Source: Candidatus Marinacidobacterales bacterium (GTDB lineage: Bacteria > Acidobacteriota > Vicinamibacteria > Marinacidobacterales > DATDRI01). Taken from it: a stretch of DNA of 64,000 nt. Below are positions 1 to 8,580 of this stretch, in pieces. The notes beneath the pieces were generated by a model. The model made no database searches. It saw only the letters and a program-made list of their open reading frames with translations, and was not told the DNA's origin. Within the stretch, counting starts at the first letter, position 1, and every line of letters begins with the position of its first letter. Location: assembly GCA_965219415.1 (NCBI GenBank), contig CBDCNP010000002.1:800001-864000 (forward strand), written 5' to 3'. The translations under genes and the position numbers were made by a program.

Positions 1-1
1 T

Positions 2-121
2 GTTTCGGACAACGTAGCCATTCGATTGCAAGGCGATTATCGCGCGATTCTCGCTGACACGACGCTCAACCAGTTTCGGTTGGGTGCGGGAGTCGTCTTC
101 AAGTTGGGAAGGCACCAGTAA
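2..121 (+). CDS. 3' end of a probable outer-membrane beta-barrel protein (partial, starts before the window)
   Basis: Frame 2 reads VSDNVAIRLQGDYRAILADTTLNQFRLGAGVVFKLGRHQ* with TAA at 119-121; alternating hydrophobic beta-strand pattern typical of small OMP barrel C-termini. Confidence 0.5.
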   Translation, partial: VSDNVAIRLQGDYRAILADTTLNQFRLGAGVVFKLGRHQ

Positions 122-216
122 GTCCACTGGCGCCGGCGGAGGTCCGGCGAAGGCTAAAAGGCACCAGTCGTCGTCGGTCCTCCCCCCTTCTCTTTCATCT
201 AACCGAAGCGAAGCGC

Positions 217-1341
217 TCAAACGAGCTCGGTGATGTACTTGTCTTTGGCCAGCCGCCACAACGAAGCGAGGAATGCGGTGAGAGGAATGGCAAGGATCAT
301 TCCCAAGATGCCACCGAGCGCCGTACCCCAAAAGAAGATAGCGATAATGATGGCGATGGCGGGAAGCCCGGTGCGGTCGCCCATGATTCGTGGCGTAAGG
401 ACATACCCCTCGATTAGCTGTACGACAACATAAACGACAGCGACGCCGATCAGCATTTGTAGACCTCCCCCGGTCTGGAAGAACGCGAGGGGAATAGTAA
501 TGCTCAGTCCGATGATGCTGCCCAGATACGGGATGACGTTCAGCAAGCCCAACATCAATCCCAGGATGAAGCCATACTTGAGCCCGACGATGCTGAACCC
601 GAGTGCGAAAAGCAAGCCCTGAAGGAAGGCGATAAGGAGCTGCCCTCGAAAGAAGGCGACCACGATGTCAACGAACTCCTTGATGAGGTAAACAACGTCT
701 TTTCGGGTCTCTTCTTTCAAGAGCGGTAGGAGCTGCGCCGCGTCGAAACGGGTCGGCGTCATCAGGAAAAAAGCGAAGTAGACCGGCAATATGGCCCAAC
801 CGAATAGAGCTCCCAACCCACGGACTATGCCCCGGCCGGCGGTGATGGCTCCCTGGCCGAAGATTTGAAGACCCTCGACAAGGTTCTCCCCTTGCCCCTC
901 CAGCGTCTGGCGAATCCGCTGTCCCCAGGGATTGTTCTCTAGAAATCCGACCACCCGAGGCCATCGCTCTTTTACGAACACTTGAATTTGCGTCCACCAT
1001 TCCGGTAGTTGCTCCACCAGCCCCACCAGCTGCTCCACGGCGATGGCTCCGAAGAACCACAAAAACGCCCCCACTGGAACGAGCACCGACAAGAGGATGG
1101 CCACCAGGGCGAGGACCCCGGGAAGACGTAAACGCTCCCGTAGCCAATCGTAGTAGGGGCGACACACCAGCGCCGCAACGCCTCCCACCGCTAGGGGAAG
1201 GAAAACGACCGAGAAGGTGTGGAGAAACCAGGATACCAACCAGAAGAAAGCGCCAACCGCGACGAGGATGATGACCACCGAGAGAATCGTGATGGCGGTG
1301 GCAACCGTCTTGGCTTGGCGATCCGTGAGTGTCAGTGCCAT
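217..1341 (-). CDS. AI-2E family (PerM/UPF0118) transporter
   Basis: 374 aa, multiple TM helices, motifs 'LNVIPYLG', 'QLIEGYVLTPRIMG', 'GILGMILAIP'. Confidence 0.9.
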   Translation of the reverse strand: MALTLTDRQAKTVATAITILSVVIILVAVGAFFWLVSWFLHTFSVVFLPLAVGGVAALVCRPYYDWLRERLRLPGVLALVAILLSVLVPVGAFLWFFGAIAVEQLVGLVEQLPEWWTQIQVFVKERWPRVVGFLENNPWGQRIRQTLEGQGENLVEGLQIFGQGAITAGRGIVRGLGALFGWAILPVYFAFFLMTPTRFDAAQLLPLLKEETRKDVVYLIKEFVDIVVAFFRGQLLIAFLQGLLFALGFSIVGLKYGFILGLMLGLLNVIPYLGSIIGLSITIPLAFFQTGGGLQMLIGVAVVYVVVQLIEGYVLTPRIMGDRTGLPAIAIIIAIFFWGTALGGILGMILAIPLTAFLASLWRLAKDKYITELV

Positions 1342-1365
1342 GGATGCGAACCGTCACCCTTTTTC

Positions 1366-2181
1366 TTACGAGGCTCCGATCTTGCTGCGCCGCGCGTGTT
1401 CCAACGACGGAAGCCGGTATCGAACGTCCTTCAGGAGATCGAAATCGATATCACAGATGAGGGCCGCCTCTTTGTCTTGACATTGGCCCACAATCTGTCC
1501 CCAAGGGTCGACGATCATCGTCCTCCCGAAGCTGGCGCGGCGTTCATTGTGTTGACCAAACTGAGCGGGGGCGACGACGTAACACTGATTCTCGATGGCT
1601 CGCGCGCGAAGTAGCGTTTCCCAGTGGTCTTTGCCGGTCGGAACGGTGAACGCTGCGGGAACGAAAAGAATCTCCGCGCCGCGCAGTGCGAGTGCCCGAT
1701 AGAGCTCTGGAAATCGGAGGTCGTAACAGATTGATAGCCCCACGACGTGGTTGAACACTTCGACGGTCACGATGGATTTTCCAGGCTCGACGTAGCTGGA
1801 CTCCTTGAAGTTGTGCTGCTTGTCAACGGCCACGTCGAACAGGTGCATCTTGTCGTACCGAGCCACCAGATCCCCCTCCGGGTTATAGACCAGACAGGTA
1901 TTGGTAACTTTCGACCGGCTCTCCGTCCTGAGCGGCACGCTACCCCCGACCACATGGACACGATGCTCGGCCGCGAACACTCTGAGGAACTGAACGCTCG
2001 GACCCGCATCGGTCTCGGCGACGCGAACCTGTTCGGCCTCCCCGCCGAGGAACGAGAAATTCTCCGGAAGGGCGACCACCTGAGCCCCGGCCAGAACGGC
2101 TTCCTCCATGAAGCCACGCGCCTTCTCAATATTCGCGTCCCGATTCTCGGTAGAGCACATTTGGATGGCGGCGATACGCAT
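1366..2181 (-). CDS. Carbon-nitrogen hydrolase, Nit1/Nit2-like (deaminated glutathione amidase-like)
   Basis: Starts MRIAAIQM at ATG 2181; E-K-C triad in 'LPENF', 'YDKMHLFDV', 'ICYDLRFPE'; also 'LLRARAIENQCY'. Confidence 0.9.
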   Translation of the reverse strand: MRIAAIQMCSTENRDANIEKARGFMEEAVLAGAQVVALPENFSFLGGEAEQVRVAETDAGPSVQFLRVFAAEHRVHVVGGSVPLRTESRSKVTNTCLVYNPEGDLVARYDKMHLFDVAVDKQHNFKESSYVEPGKSIVTVEVFNHVVGLSICYDLRFPELYRALALRGAEILFVPAAFTVPTGKDHWETLLRARAIENQCYVVAPAQFGQHNERRASFGRTMIVDPWGQIVGQCQDKEAALICDIDFDLLKDVRYRLPSLEHARRSKIGAS

Positions 2182-2183
2182 GA

Positions 2184-2927
2184 CTAGAGTTTGCTCCCAA
2201 TCCACACTGCCTGGAAGAGGCCTTTTCCGGCATCCTTGGGTTTGTCGGGCTCGAAGTCGATGAAGGAGAACGTTCCGTCACCACCGAAGCCGGTGGTGAT
2301 GTCGATGCCCCGAGCCCCTTGCGAAGAAGCCTCGAAGTAGTGGAAGTTGTCACGGGTCGTTGAAAGCGTGTTCATTCGCCCCGGAGTGAGAATCTCGTTA
2401 TGCGTCTCTCTTATGAGGAAGGTTGTGGGAGAGCCCGAATTGTACGCTGGAGCGTCGCCTTCGATCTCGAAGTTGCGAATCCGCGCTTCGCCCTCGACTG
2501 CAAGAGTGCAAACGGCGGCGTTGGGATGACAATGGGCAGGGAGAATAGCGCCTGGCTCCATTCGCCATTGGACGACGAAGAAAGGAGACCCGCGGTGACT
2601 CACCCCAAACTCTACTTTGGGCTCGAGGTTCCCGAAGGCGCCAAGTTCATGACTCGGAACCTCTGCTATTCGCGCCGCGAAGGACGCGATGCGGTAAAGG
2701 TAGGCATCTTCGTTCACGTCTTCGGTTTCGTAAAGCTCCTTGGCCGCCGGCACACACTCCTTAAGAAACTCCTCCCAAGTGAGACCCGTTTCTTCCTCGC
2801 CGGCCGTCGACTCTCCTCGCGCTATTCCTCGGTTAAACACTATCGCGGCCGCAGCAATCGGCAACCAAAAGAGTCGGCGACGTTCCAGAATCACGCCTGG
2901 AGACAATTCATCATCGCCGCTTTCCAA
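2184..2927 (-). CDS. Cupin thiol-dioxygenase-like protein (ADO/PCO-like) with twin-arginine-like signal; start uncertain (TTG 2927 or GTG 2894)
   Basis: 'ERRRLFWLPIAAAAIVF..IARG' leader; 'LPAHCHP' and 'RDNFHYFEA' give a 3-His cupin metal site. Confidence 0.65.
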   Translation of the reverse strand: MESGDDELSPGVILERRRLFWLPIAAAAIVFNRGIARGESTAGEEETGLTWEEFLKECVPAAKELYETEDVNEDAYLYRIASFAARIAEVPSHELGAFGNLEPKVEFGVSHRGSPFFVVQWRMEPGAILPAHCHPNAAVCTLAVEGEARIRNFEIEGDAPAYNSGSPTTFLIRETHNEILTPGRMNTLSTTRDNFHYFEASSQGARGIDITTGFGGDGTFSFIDFEPDKPKDAGKGLFQAVWIGSKL

Positions 2928-3052
2928 GCAAACACCTTTAGGTATCCAAGTCACGAGAACTCCCGGCTTTTCTCTGGACTCTCCCCCTCGACGGGGAGAG
3001 TACATCAGTCAAGGGTACAAATCGAGCCGCCGATTGCGGTATGGTAAACGCC

Positions 3053-5458
3053 GTGAGCGATTTCGAAAGATTGGGGGCGTTCTACCTGGGGCGCCGTTAC
3101 GATGTGGAGGAAAGGGCTTCGAGCGACGAACCCGTCCTCTACGACGCCAAGGATCTAACAACCCACGGCCTTATCGTAGGTATGACCGGGAGCGGCAAGA
3201 CCGGTCTTTCAGTCGTGCTCCTCGAGGAAGCCGCGATCGACGGCATCCCCGCACTAATCATTGACCCCAAGGGCGACATGGGAAACCTCTTACTCAGCTT
3301 CCCGAAGCTTCAGCCTTCCGACTTCAGGCCCTGGATCGACGAGAGCGAGGCAAGCCGCAAGGGAGTCGACCCCGCTACCTACGCCGCACAGACGGCAGAG
3401 AAATGGCAGAGCGGCTTAGCCGACTGGGGACAGAATCGAAAGCGCATCAAGAAATTCCGTGGCTCGGTCGACCTCGCCATCTACACTCCAGGCAGCGAGG
3501 CGGGCCTGCCCCTTTCGATGCTCCGTTCGTTCGCCGCCCCTCCCGCCGACCAAGCGAAGGACTCCGATGCGCTTCGCGAACGCATTCTCACCGCCGTCTC
3601 GGGCCTGCTCGGCTTGCTCGGACTGACGGGCGCCAAAGCCGATCCGATCCGAAGCCGCGAGCACATTCTCCTATCGAAGCTCCTCGAAGAAGCGTGGAGC
3701 GAAGGCCGTGACATGGATATCGCGAGCCTCATTCGCGGCATCCAAGAGCCGCCGTTCGAAAAGTTGGGGGTGATGGATCTGGAATCCTTCTTCCCTTCGA
3801 AAGATCGGCGCGATCTCGCGATGCAGCTCAATAACCTTCTCGCTTCACCGGCCTTCGAGGTCTGGAGGAAGGGCGAGCCTCTCGACGTCCAGCGCTTACT
3901 CTTTACCCCGGAGGGGCGCCCACGGCATTCGATCTTTTCGATCGCCCACTTGTCCGACGCGGAGCGCATGTTTTTCGTGAGTATGTTGCTCAACGAAGTG
4001 ATCGCATGGATGAGGATGCTCCCGGGCACCGGTAGCCTTCGCGCCATCCTCTATATGGACGAGATATATGGCTACTTCCCTCCAATCGCCGTCCCACCCT
4101 CGAAAATCCCCATGCTCACCCTTCTCAAGCAAGCGCGGGCTTACGGCGTCGGTGTGCTGCTCGCAACCCAAAACCCTGTCGATCTGGACTACAAAGGGCT
4201 ATCGAACACTGGAACCTGGTTTCTTGGAAGGCTTCAGACGGAGCGTGACAAAGAGCGCGTCATCGATGGGCTCGGAGGAGCGTCGGGTGGCAAACGATTC
4301 GACCGGCGGAAGACGGAACAGCTTTTGGCGGGGCTAGGAAAGAGGGTGTTCCTCATGCACAACGTGCATGAGGACAAGCCCACGTTGTTTCAGACACGCT
4401 GGGCACTCTCCTATCTGAGAGGGCCCCTGACCAAGTCCCAGATCGAGACCTTGATGGCGCGGCGCAAGAAAGCGTCGCCGGCCGAACCCGAACCGAGAAA
4501 AGAAAGGCCCGGGAGGGTTCGGTCCGAGAGACCCATTGTCCCGCGCGAGATCCCTCAAGGGTTCCTGCCAGTCCGCGATGGCTCCGCCGAGACGAGCCGA
4601 CTCGTGTATCGGCCTGCGTTGCGTGCCACGACGCGTCTCCACTACGTCAGTGTCCGAAGCAAAGTCGACCACTGGGAGACGGTCTCGTTGCTCCTTCCGC
4701 TTTCGAGCAGCAAGTCCGATTTGAATTGGGACCATGCCGCGTTGAAAAAGGGCGAGCAACCCGCCCTTCAGAAGACCGACGCCGAGGGCGTGGGCTTCAC
4801 GAAGCTGCCTCCAGCCGCCACGCAAGCGAAGAACTACAAGAGATGGGGCACTTCCCTTCGCAATTACCTTTACCAAAACCGTCTCCTTACGCTTTGGAAG
4901 AGCGCCGAGCTTCGAACGACCTCGCGGATCGGCGAGGACCAGGCCGCCTTTCGCACCCGACTCACGCAGGCGCTCCGGGAGAAGAGAGACAAGGAGATCG
5001 AGAAGCTGCGGAAGCGCTACGCCCCCAAGCTCGCCCGGCTTCAGAAGAGGATCCAAAAAGCGGAAGAACGCGTGGAGAGAGAGAAAGGGCAATACAACGA
5101 ACGGAAGTACCAGACCGCGATTTCTTTCGGTGCGACGCTTCTAGGAGCTCTCCTTGGGCGCAGAGTGAGCGGCCGCGCCACAACGGCCGCTCGCTCGGCG
5201 GGGCGGGCGGCGCGGGAAAAAGGAGATGTTTCACGAGCCGAGAGACAAGTCGAGCAACACCACGTGGAACTGCAAGAACTCGAGGAAACCTTCGAGGAAG
5301 AGGTGGAGGCTCTTCGTGAGCTCCCCGACCCCGCGACGCTAGAGTTGGAAGAGATTCCGATTCGGCCCCGGAAATCGGATATTACCGTTAGCCGACTCGC
5401 CCTGGCTTGGACCCCTTGGGAGCGAACCGAAGACGACGTGCTCAAGCCGAGGTACTAG
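3053..5458 (+). CDS. HerA/FtsK-like P-loop ATPase (DUF87/DUF853-like) with C-terminal coiled coil
   Basis: Walker A GMTGSGKT, 'IIDPKGD', Walker B 'LYMDEIYG', 'LATQNPVDLD'; ORF 3041-5458, likely GTG start at 3053. Confidence 0.8.
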   Translation: MSDFERLGAFYLGRRYDVEERASSDEPVLYDAKDLTTHGLIVGMTGSGKTGLSVVLLEEAAIDGIPALIIDPKGDMGNLLLSFPKLQPSDFRPWIDESEASRKGVDPATYAAQTAEKWQSGLADWGQNRKRIKKFRGSVDLAIYTPGSEAGLPLSMLRSFAAPPADQAKDSDALRERILTAVSGLLGLLGLTGAKADPIRSREHILLSKLLEEAWSEGRDMDIASLIRGIQEPPFEKLGVMDLESFFPSKDRRDLAMQLNNLLASPAFEVWRKGEPLDVQRLLFTPEGRPRHSIFSIAHLSDAERMFFVSMLLNEVIAWMRMLPGTGSLRAILYMDEIYGYFPPIAVPPSKIPMLTLLKQARAYGVGVLLATQNPVDLDYKGLSNTGTWFLGRLQTERDKERVIDGLGGASGGKRFDRRKTEQLLAGLGKRVFLMHNVHEDKPTLFQTRWALSYLRGPLTKSQIETLMARRKKASPAEPEPRKERPGRVRSERPIVPREIPQGFLPVRDGSAETSRLVYRPALRATTRLHYVSVRSKVDHWETVSLLLPLSSSKSDLNWDHAALKKGEQPALQKTDAEGVGFTKLPPAATQAKNYKRWGTSLRNYLYQNRLLTLWKSAELRTTSRIGEDQAAFRTRLTQALREKRDKEIEKLRKRYAPKLARLQKRIQKAEERVEREKGQYNERKYQTAISFGATLLGALLGRRVSGRATTAARSAGRAAREKGDVSRAERQVEQHHVELQELEETFEEEVEALRELPDPATLELEEIPIRPRKSDITVSRLALAWTPWERTEDDVLKPRY

Positions 5459-5467
5459 CGGAGCACT

Positions 5468-5926
5468 CTATTTCTTGAGCCACTGGAAGACCTCGAGTGT
5501 GTATCCCTCGGGGTCTTTGAATCCAAAGGCGCGCACGTTGACCTTCGTACTGTCCTTGGGTGGATTGGGCACATCGACACCCTGCTTTTTCAAGTAGCTG
5601 TACCAAGCGTCGGCGTCTTCGACGACGAGACTCACCATTACCGGCTTGTCCTTTGACGGGCGGTGCGCCCCTCCGGTAGCGCTGACCAGCCCTACGATAG
5701 AGCCGGGTGACGTTTCATACATCTTGACCCAATCGAGGTCGAGCGTGGCTTTCAAACCAAGCGTCTCGCCATAGAACTTGCTTGCAAGCTCGAGGTCCTC
5801 GAAGTAGAGAAAAGTGACTTGCCCCGAAACAGGCGGCGCCTCACCAGAAAACGACGGGACCGCCGCCATCAAGATACACACCATTGCTAGGATAATCGTT
5901 ACAACAAGAATCTTCACTGCCTTCAC
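5468..5926 (-). CDS. Secreted VOC/glyoxalase family protein
   Basis: Signal peptide, 'DLELASKFYGETLGL', 'FKDPEGYTLEV'. Confidence 0.8.
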   Translation of the reverse strand: MKAVKILVVTIILAMVCILMAAVPSFSGEAPPVSGQVTFLYFEDLELASKFYGETLGLKATLDLDWVKMYETSPGSIVGLVSATGGAHRPSKDKPVMVSLVVEDADAWYSYLKKQGVDVPNPPKDSTKVNVRAFGFKDPEGYTLEVFQWLKK

Positions 5927-5929
5927 TCC

Positions 5930-6685
5930 TTAGAAAGTCTGGCCGAGAAGTGTTTGGAGCTTCTCCCGGTAACTCCGGCTCAAATTCAACCGCGCGCCGT
6001 CCTGTAGTATCACGATGTAGTCCCCATGAAAAGCGGGTTGCATCTCCTTAATCCGATCTACCTGGACAATCGTGGATCGATGTATACGGACGAACTTTTC
6101 AGGGTCCAAACGTGCCTCGAGGCGGCCCATCGTCTCCCGCATGAGGTGCGTCGTCGGTCCAACATGAAGCTGTACGTAGTTGCCCGCCGCTTCGACCCAG
6201 TCGATCTCGTCGGCGCGCAAGAAAAATACCCGGCCCGCCGACTTGATGACGAATCGCTCCGGATGCTTGGACACTTTTTTGACGTCCTTCGGCAGAGCGA
6301 GAAGTCTGTCACCCAATGTTCCTCGTTCCCCGAGCTGGGCGCGTGCCCGTTCGAGCGCCTTCTGGAACCGCTCTCGGTCGAAGGGCTTCAGCAAATAGTC
6401 CAGCGCGTGCACATCGAAGGCGCGGAGAGCGTAACGATCGTAGGCGGTGACGAACACAACCGCCGGCACTCGCTCCGGGCCGACCGCTCGCAGCACCGCG
6501 AATCCGTCCATCTCCGGCATCTGGACGTCCAGGAACAAGAGCTCGGGACTCTTCTCTCTAATCGCGGACACCGCTTCCTTCCCGTCCCCGCACTCCCCGA
6601 CTAGTTCGATGTCGGGTTCGTCGCAAAGCAGCGTTCGGATCCGCTCCCGAGCCAGAGGCTCGTCGTCGACGATGAGGGTGCGCAT
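5930..6685 (-). CDS. LytR/AlgR family response regulator
   Basis: Receiver 'IVDDEPLAR', 'FLDVQMP', 'DYLLKP'; LytTR domain 'FVRIHRSTIV'. Confidence 0.93.
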   Translation of the reverse strand: MRTLIVDDEPLARERIRTLLCDEPDIELVGECGDGKEAVSAIREKSPELLFLDVQMPEMDGFAVLRAVGPERVPAVVFVTAYDRYALRAFDVHALDYLLKPFDRERFQKALERARAQLGERGTLGDRLLALPKDVKKVSKHPERFVIKSAGRVFFLRADEIDWVEAAGNYVQLHVGPTTHLMRETMGRLEARLDPEKFVRIHRSTIVQVDRIKEMQPAFHGDYIVILQDGARLNLSRSYREKLQTLLGQTF

Positions 6686-6721
6686 ACGGAGATGAATAAT
6701 ATAAGTTAGAGCGGTATCCTG

Positions 6722-6821
6722 CTAGTGGCGCGTGAGCGCCGCCGGCCGAGAGCCCTCAGCCCGCGCGCAGTCGCTTGCCGACGAAGCGCGAAGGCGTGGG
6801 GGTGGGGCCCCGCGCCACTAG
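6722..6821. repeat. ~100 bp GC-rich element bounded by an 11-bp perfect inverted repeat (REP/MITE-like)
   Basis: CTAGTGGCGCG (6722-6732) and CGCGCCACTAG (6811-6821). Confidence 0.45.
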
Positions 6822-6832
6822 ATGATGTCATC

Positions 6833-7582
6833 ATGCACAAACTAGTGCTCATTCGACACGGCCAAAGCACCTGGAACCTGGAGAACCGCTTCACCGGCTG
6901 GACGGATGTCGGATTGACAGAGAAGGGGACCCAGGATGCGATCGAGGCCGGACGGGTCTTGCGGGACGAGGGTTACGTTTTCGATGTCGCCTACACCTCT
7001 CTGCTAAAACGGGCCATCAAGACGTTGTGGCTTGCCCTGGAAGAGATGGATCTCATGTGGATCCCGGTGCACCGCAGCTGGCGCCTCAACGAGCGTCACT
7101 ACGGCGGGCTTCAGGGTCTCAACAAGGCGGAGACTGCAGAAAAACACGGGATCGAGCAAACCAATGTGTGGCGACGCAGCTACGACGTACCCCCTCCGGC
7201 GCTCACTCCTGACGATAAGCGGTTCCCGGGTAAGGATCCGCGGTACGCCGATCTCCCGTCTGATGAGCTCCCCTTGACGGAATGCCTAAAGGATACGGTC
7301 GAGCGGTTTCTTCCCCATTGGCACGAGACCATCGCACCGAGCGTCAAGGACGGCCAGCGCGTCGTGATCTCTGCACACGGCAACAGCATTCGCGCCCTGG
7401 TGAAGTATCTCGACAAGGTCTCGGATCAGGAGATCGCGGGGCTCAATATCCCCACCGGAATTCCGCTCGTTTACGAGCTGGAGGACGATCTGACGGCCAT
7501 CCGCAGTTTCTATCTCGGAGATGCCGAGGCGGTGAAGCGAGCCACCGAAGCGGTGGCCGGCCAGTTGAAACAAAAGAAGTGA
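6833..7582 (+). CDS. gpmA: 2,3-bisphosphoglycerate-dependent phosphoglycerate mutase
   Basis: [23 protein letters not shown], '[12 protein letters not shown]', 'AHGNSIRAL', '[12 protein letters not shown]'. Confidence 0.97.
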   Translation: MHKLVLIRHGQSTWNLENRFTGWTDVGLTEKGTQDAIEAGRVLRDEGYVFDVAYTSLLKRAIKTLWLALEEMDLMWIPVHRSWRLNERHYGGLQGLNKAETAEKHGIEQTNVWRRSYDVPPPALTPDDKRFPGKDPRYADLPSDELPLTECLKDTVERFLPHWHETIAPSVKDGQRVVISAHGNSIRALVKYLDKVSDQEIAGLNIPTGIPLVYELEDDLTAIRSFYLGDAEAVKRATEAVAGQLKQKK

Positions 7583-7586
7583 ACCC

Positions 7587-8576
7587 TCACTCCTCGCCAC
7601 TTTTGGACAGCGGGATAGCGAGGTTCACCGCCAAACCTCCTCCCACCGCATCGGAAAGCTCGAATCGATGGCGAGCACCATAGAGCTGCTCGAGACGGGC
7701 GCGAGTATTCGCTGGTCCTATCCCACCAGTCCCCTCGCTCCCGTCACTCTCCCCGGGAAGACCCGGGCCGTCGTCTCGAATCTCGAGGTCGAGCATGCCG
7801 CTGTCGCGCCGTGCCTCGATCTCAATCCGACCTCCGGCCGCCCGCGGGGCGATGCCGTGACGGATCGCATTCTCCACCAGCGGCTGCAGTATCAGATTCG
7901 GCACCCGGGCATCGAGCAACTCCGGATCGACGCTGACCTCGACGACCAAGCGATCACCGAATCGAACTTTCTCGATCTCGATATAGCGATCGAGGAACTC
8001 CAACTCTTGCTTCAGAGAAACCTCTTGCACGCCGACGTTCTCGAGCGAGTGCCGGAGCAGATCGCTCAGTCGAGTCAGCATGCGCTCCGCAGCCTCGACG
8101 TCTCGATGCATGAGTGTGGAGATAGCGTGGAGTGTGTTGAACAAGAAGTGTGGGTGGAGCTGCATCTTCAGAACTTGAAGCTGAGCCTCCGCCAAGCGCG
8201 TCTCGAGCTGAGACGCTCGGAGCTCCCGCTCTCGATACTTGCGGTAATAGTTGACGGTCAAGCCGACTCCAAGAATTGCCCAATACGTCAGCACGTTCGA
8301 ATGGAGCTCATAGGCGGAGGAGACCGGTATGTCCAGGCCGGTGACACGAGGGAGGAGCCACGCGTCCATACCGACCTTGACGAGCGAGAAGAGGATGCCC
8401 GCCGGTAGATGGACGACGATCGCGCGTAGCCAGGTTCGGCGTTGAAACGGGAAGCGCCCGCCGAGCCAGAAGATGGCAGGCGCCAATACGCCCCATCCGT
8501 ACCACTTCGTTAGGGACATAAGGAGCGGCAAGCGCCAGTCGAAATCCTCCCCCCGATACGAGTAAATGAGGAAGAC
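7587..8576 (-). pseudogene. LytS-type sensor histidine kinase, N-terminally truncated
   Basis: 'LKMQLHPHFLFNTLH', 'LQPLVENAIRHG', 'IRDDGPG'. The frame extends upstream ([16 protein letters not shown]) to a TAA at 8577-8579, immediately back-to-back with the ADOP ATG at 8581; the first TM segment is missing. Confidence 0.75.
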
Positions 8577-8580
8577 TTAG

